Positions 36,600 to 41,066 of a stretch of 41,066 nt of DNA are shown one piece after another. Under the pieces are notes generated by a model. It ran no database searches. It saw only the letters and a program-made list of their open reading frames with translations, and was not told the origin of the DNA. The stretch is from Octopus bimaculoides. Taxonomy: Eukaryota. The stretch's first letter is position 1. The number at the start of each line of letters is the position of its first letter. The translations under genes were made by a program, and so were the position numbers. The stretch is taken from positions 31,681,770-31,722,835 of the forward strand of contig NC_068996.1 in NCBI RefSeq assembly GCF_001194135.2. Direction: 5' to 3'.

Positions 36600-39545
36600 A
36601 TTAGACTGTTGGAAAAGAAAAAAATCCTAACATCGGGCTATCACAACTAACGTTAGATACCAAGTACCATCCCTGATAACACTGTTTTCTGGATGTGTAT
36701 TAAACTGGGTTTTATGCCTATTTCCTCTATCCATTAGTTCAGATCTTTAGGGATAATTCGCAATGCACCTATAACTACTGGGATACATTTTACCCGTATT
36801 TTCCATAGTCTCTGTAATTCAATGGTTAGGTCTTGATGCATTGCCATTTTTTCTATAACTCTCATATTAATGTTTTCATCATTTGAGACTGTAAAACCAA
36901 TTATCTGGCAATTTCTGTTCTCTTTACTACTACTAAATCTGGCCTTTTAGCTTCTATTACTCTGTCAGTCTGAATGTTAAAGTCCAACAACATCTTGTGT
37001 TTCTTACTTTCTAGTAATTTACTAGGTTCATGTTCATACTATTTATCAATATGTTCAAATCACAGCTTTTTGCATAACTCCCGGTGGATTGCTCTCTCTA
37101 GATTGTTATGTCTATTCTTGTATTCTTTCTGTGCCAGCATGCTACATTCACTTACTATATGAGTAACGCTTTCCTCTTTTGATTTGTATAACCTACTTTG
37201 GGAATCTACTTGGTTTTTGTCTATCTTGGCTTTTATTCAATTAGTCCTAAATGTTTGATCTTGTGCAGCTACTAACAAACTTTCCGTCTCCCTTTTCAGC
37301 TTTCCTTCCTGCAACCATAACCGTGTCTCACAACTACTATTTGCTGAAACTATCTTTGGGAATCTACCATGCAACGCCTTCTCCTGTCAATCAGATAATT
37401 TCTGTTCTTTTTCTGATTTTTAAGTTCGTTTGGTTTTTGGGTTTTCCTATGTCTTCCTTATGACTCTAGCAGCTTTTAATAAACTTTCTTCACTATTACC
37501 TACATAAGAGTCTATATCTAGCTAACTCTACTAAGTCTTCTACTGATATTAAACCTCTTTCGCCTTCCTTTCTATGTATGTTTTAAGGAATCTATCTCTT
37601 TTCTCATTCTTACTGAAAAGCTTCAGATCATCCACGTAGAGCAATTAATTAAGTTTTCCCTTATTATTTCTGAACTGATACGCTGCCTTTGCCGTCCTTA
37701 ATAATAAACTGAGGGGGATCAAACATAAGACAAATATTAAAGGAGACAACGTGTCCCCTGAAAAATTCCTCTTTTGATATTAACTTTCTCTAAGAGTGTG
37801 TCACCTGAGTAGAGATCTACTTTCCATTTCTTCATGCTAAAGCTAATTAATTCTCTTATATTGTCTGCTATACTGAATATACTCAGACAGTCACTTACCA
37901 TGAGTGTGGGATTATGTCCTAGGCTTTCCTATAATCTATCCATGCTATTGTTAAATTTTTCATTATAGCTTTTACTTCATTTAGAACTGCTTTGTCTGTG
38001 TATAATAGATCATGCGTTCCTCTGGACTTCTTCTTGCAACCTTTTTGTTCTACTGGCAGGAAATTCTGTTTGTCAACTTGTTCGTAATTGTTTTCTGAAG
38101 GCATTCCTGTTAACAACTTCCACACCAATGGTAAGCAAGTGATTGGTCTGTAGTTGCTAGTTCTATTACTCTTGCTCTTATCTTTCATAAGGGGTATCAT
38201 CATCCCTCTAGTCATCCAATTTGGTATTATTCCCCCATTAAGGCAATCCTGAAGTTGTTACCTCAGCCTCCCATGTCAGCTACTAACTTTCTTTAATCAG
38301 TACCCTTGAGCTCAATCTGGTCGTGGGCCCTTCTAATTCGGCATTTTTCGTCACACTTTACTCATTAATGCACTAGTTAGTCTTAGATCTAACTGTTTCT
38401 CACTCTCTACTTCTCTCACTTTCTTGAACCATACTGCACCTCCATTATGATTGACTGGCTTATACCAAATATTACTGCAGAACTTTCTAGCTTCTTCTGC
38501 TTTAGGTTTCTCATCTTCTGTACTTCGATGTGCACTATTTCTTTGGTTATAAAATCTCCTCTGGTCTGTCTCAAATAATCTATTCTTTTGATACTGATTT
38601 ATTCTTTTTGGACATCCGGAGAGATTACGTGCTACTGCTATGATACTCTGTTTCAACTCTTGTATTACTGTCCCAAATCCTTTCTCTTTGACAAAATGTC
38701 TTTTCTCAAGGAAGGATTTGCTTCTTTGTTTCCTAACTTTTTTGTTTTCCAGGCTTCTTTTCTACTCAGGTCTTGTCTTAGTCTTCACTTTATTTTGTAA
38801 TCTCCTTTTTCACATTTGCACTTTTTTCTTTTTCCCTGTGAGATATCTTATCTTCTACTGACTACTACTCCTCCTGTATAGACAAATAATTTAGTGTCTC
38901 CTATATTTTTATTATCTATACTACTGATTACAGAATCTACTTACCAAGTCATTTATAGCAGCTTCCTTGTTGGTACTCTTTAATGCTGGCAATCTTTTTC
39001 TTCCTTCTTTACTCATTACTTCCTGCAACTCATCTAAAATCTTCTGAACTTCGTCACTGAATTACTGAAGTCGCTGGTGCCAGTTTCCATTTCGTTATTG
39101 ATAGCGCTATTATTACTTTTTTTTCGGTTCTTCTTTGGTTTGATGTTGTTTGTCTTTTGTACTACTTGGTCTTTCTTTACCAGTTCTCTTGTGATCTCTT
39201 CTACCTCCAATTCTGTCATCCACTTTCTTCTCCTAATAGCATTAGCTTGATGTACTAAACTTTGCCCAGTTACTTTAAACCTCTCGCTACTCAAAGTGTT
39301 AACATCCGTTTTTATAACCCCTTCTTTTAGGTTCACTTTCTAAGTAGCACCACCAACCTGTTTTCTTCGCTAGTCCACTTCCTTCTTCTTGCTCTATTAT
39401 CTGCTGATGCTGTATTAAGATGACAGCTGTGGTCAGTTTGCATCTTTACTGAACCACTGCTGAACAACAGGCCTTTCTTTATAGGTCCAGCTTCATTTTC
39501 ACTGTTACAACCAGGGTATCTTCGGAAAATTCTGTCTGTCATAAA
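36600..39545 (-). mobile_element. R4/Dong-clade non-LTR retrotransposon (RT plus restriction-like endonuclease), decayed
   Basis: RRRKWTSEEN..CYLESEPKRRGY..VHQANAIRRRKWMTELEVEEI; NQYQKNRLFETDQRRFY; NYRPITCLPLVWKLLTG..EQKGC..AWIDYRKA; FQGDTLSPLIF; LLYVDDLKLF (~37640); ESVTHIVSEC..YKNRHN; DFNIQTDRVIEAKRPDLVV; stop at ~36653. Confidence 0.9.
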
Positions 39546-39555
39546 CTGAGGTAAG

Positions 39556-39611
<56 letters not shown>

Positions 39612-39618
39612 TATTATT

Positions 39619-39708
<90 letters not shown>

Positions 39709-39712
39709 ATTA
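39556..39712. repeat. (TTA)n(TTG)n microsatellite abutting the R4/Dong 5' end
   Basis: Direct reading. Confidence 0.97.
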
Positions 39713-40134
39713 GTCAAGCCGAAGAGCGCGATTCGATTAGATATTTTATTGGTTGAACGATATTTCGGCAGTAAGTCTGTCTTTGTCAAGTTCAAAATAA
39801 GAAGTGATAAAAATTCAAAATAATCTAAATCTAAATTTAAAGTATGAACGAGAGCAACCAACGTTCGGACGTTGATGGAATGACATCATCAGTCTTTAAG
39901 TTTCAATTTTATAACAGGCGAAAAGAAAAAGACAGAAAAAAGAGGAAAAAAAGTAAAGGAAAAGGAAGAATATTTAATCAAACAGTTTTGTATAAATTTG
40001 ATGATATTGTCCTGTCATTTTATTCAGTTTGTAACACTTCTACTGGACACTCTATTCCAATTTCTTTTATATTCCCCTCGAAGCCTTCTGAGACACTGCT
40101 GTCAAGGACTCCAACAATAATTGGCACTATGTTA

Positions 40135-40330
40135 ACCTTCTTTATTTTCGATAGACGAGTTATTTCGTAGCACTGCATCACTGTCCTGTTTTTTTTCGCT
40201 GGCCCACTTCCTCCTCCTTGGTCTATTATCTGCTGATGTTGTTTTAGGATAACAGTTGTGGCCAGGCTGCATCTTTACTGGGCCACTGCCGAGCGAGAAG
40301 CTTTTCCTTAAAGGTCTAGCTTCATTTTCA
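40135..40330 (-). pseudogene. Second R4/Dong N-terminal fragment
   Basis: SENEARPLRKSFSLGSGPVKMQPGHNCYPKTTSADNRPRRRKWASE aligns with SENEAGPIKKGLLFSSGSVKMQTDHSCHLNTASADNRARRRKWTSE at ~39505-39360. Confidence 0.85.
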
Positions 40331-40359
40331 CTGTTGTTATTATTATTATCATTATTATT

Positions 40360-40391
<32 letters not shown>

Positions 40392-40405
40392 CATTATTAT
40401 TATTA

Positions 40406-40962
40406 TGAGTGAGAGAGCAGTGCATGCCATCAAAGTGACACTGGGGTAAAATATACGAAGCCCAGTATACCCATCATGACTACCCATCTGATAAGGGTAC
40501 ACCAGGCACGTGCATCACAACCATATGTGCGCAACATGGTGATCTCATATCAAGATAAACAGCGCATGACCTTGGAGGTGGGGCCCAGTTAGAATTTTCT
40601 TCAGGTCGAGTGGCCCATACTCCTCAAAAGGTCCCTAAATAAGGTTTGTTTAAGGATGTTGATCAAAACACCCATGTTTCCAAAGGTGAATTATTCAAAC
40701 CCCAAAGAATTCCTCTCAACACATGGCTATGATGCTCCCCCACTACTTCTGCTCATGATCAGAGATGCACATATCGTCAGCCACCAAGGGACATGCTCAA
40801 TTAGTTAAGGTCAAACAACTGACAAGCAAATCTGTGGTATTAAGCAGAATATTTGCTGTAGCCCATCTTTTTATACCAAGACAAAACAGTGTACATGATA
40901 ACACTTCCAATCAGTTAAGATCAGAAGCCATGAGAACCACTGCTAGGTACTGCGTCAGGGCA

Positions 40963-40964
<2 letters not shown>
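40406..40964. mobile_element. ~560-bp interspersed repeat, copy A, embedded in TTA/TTG microsatellite
   Basis: Flanked by (TTA/TTG)n at 40325-40405 and (TTA)n from ~40965. No long ORF, TIRs or obvious A/B boxes. Confidence 0.85.
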
Positions 40965-41031
<67 letters not shown>

Positions 41032-41066
41032 CATTATTATTATTATTTCAATAATAATAATAATAA
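40965..41066. repeat. (TTA)n followed by (TAA)n microsatellite
   Basis: Direct reading. Confidence 0.95.

Overview
Repeat-dense, AT-rich eukaryotic DNA from a gapped short-read assembly with nine N-runs next to microsatellites. The tRNA-headed SINE families and microsatellite density suggest an octopus genome; this comes from my recollection of these repeat families, not from a search. I found no host gene, rRNA, true tRNA or CRISPR array, and most ORFs in the track are translations of microsatellites or gaps. The protein-like content is all decayed transposable elements. The centrepiece is a three-level nest at 9660-17240. A Penelope-like element (direct terminal repeats with hammerhead-like motifs, N-terminal domain and GIY-YIG endonuclease, but no RT) is split by an L1/Tx1 LINE. 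The LINE carries a perfect 27-bp fold-back palindrome at its 5' end and is itself split by a 1210-bp Chapaev3-like (CMC) DNA transposon with 12-bp TIRs and a TAA target duplication. Elsewhere are two more Penelope-like remnants, an RTE endonuclease fragment, four mariner relics (one with two inverted 5' ends), a Tigger-like MITE, about 9 SINE copies from two families, and a TAA-associated R4/Dong retroposon bracketed by two copies of a ~500-bp repeat. I see no firm evidence of a wholly new biological system. The best leads are the hammerhead-like motifs, the RT-less Penelope derivative, the fold-back junction and the Dong-associated repeat.
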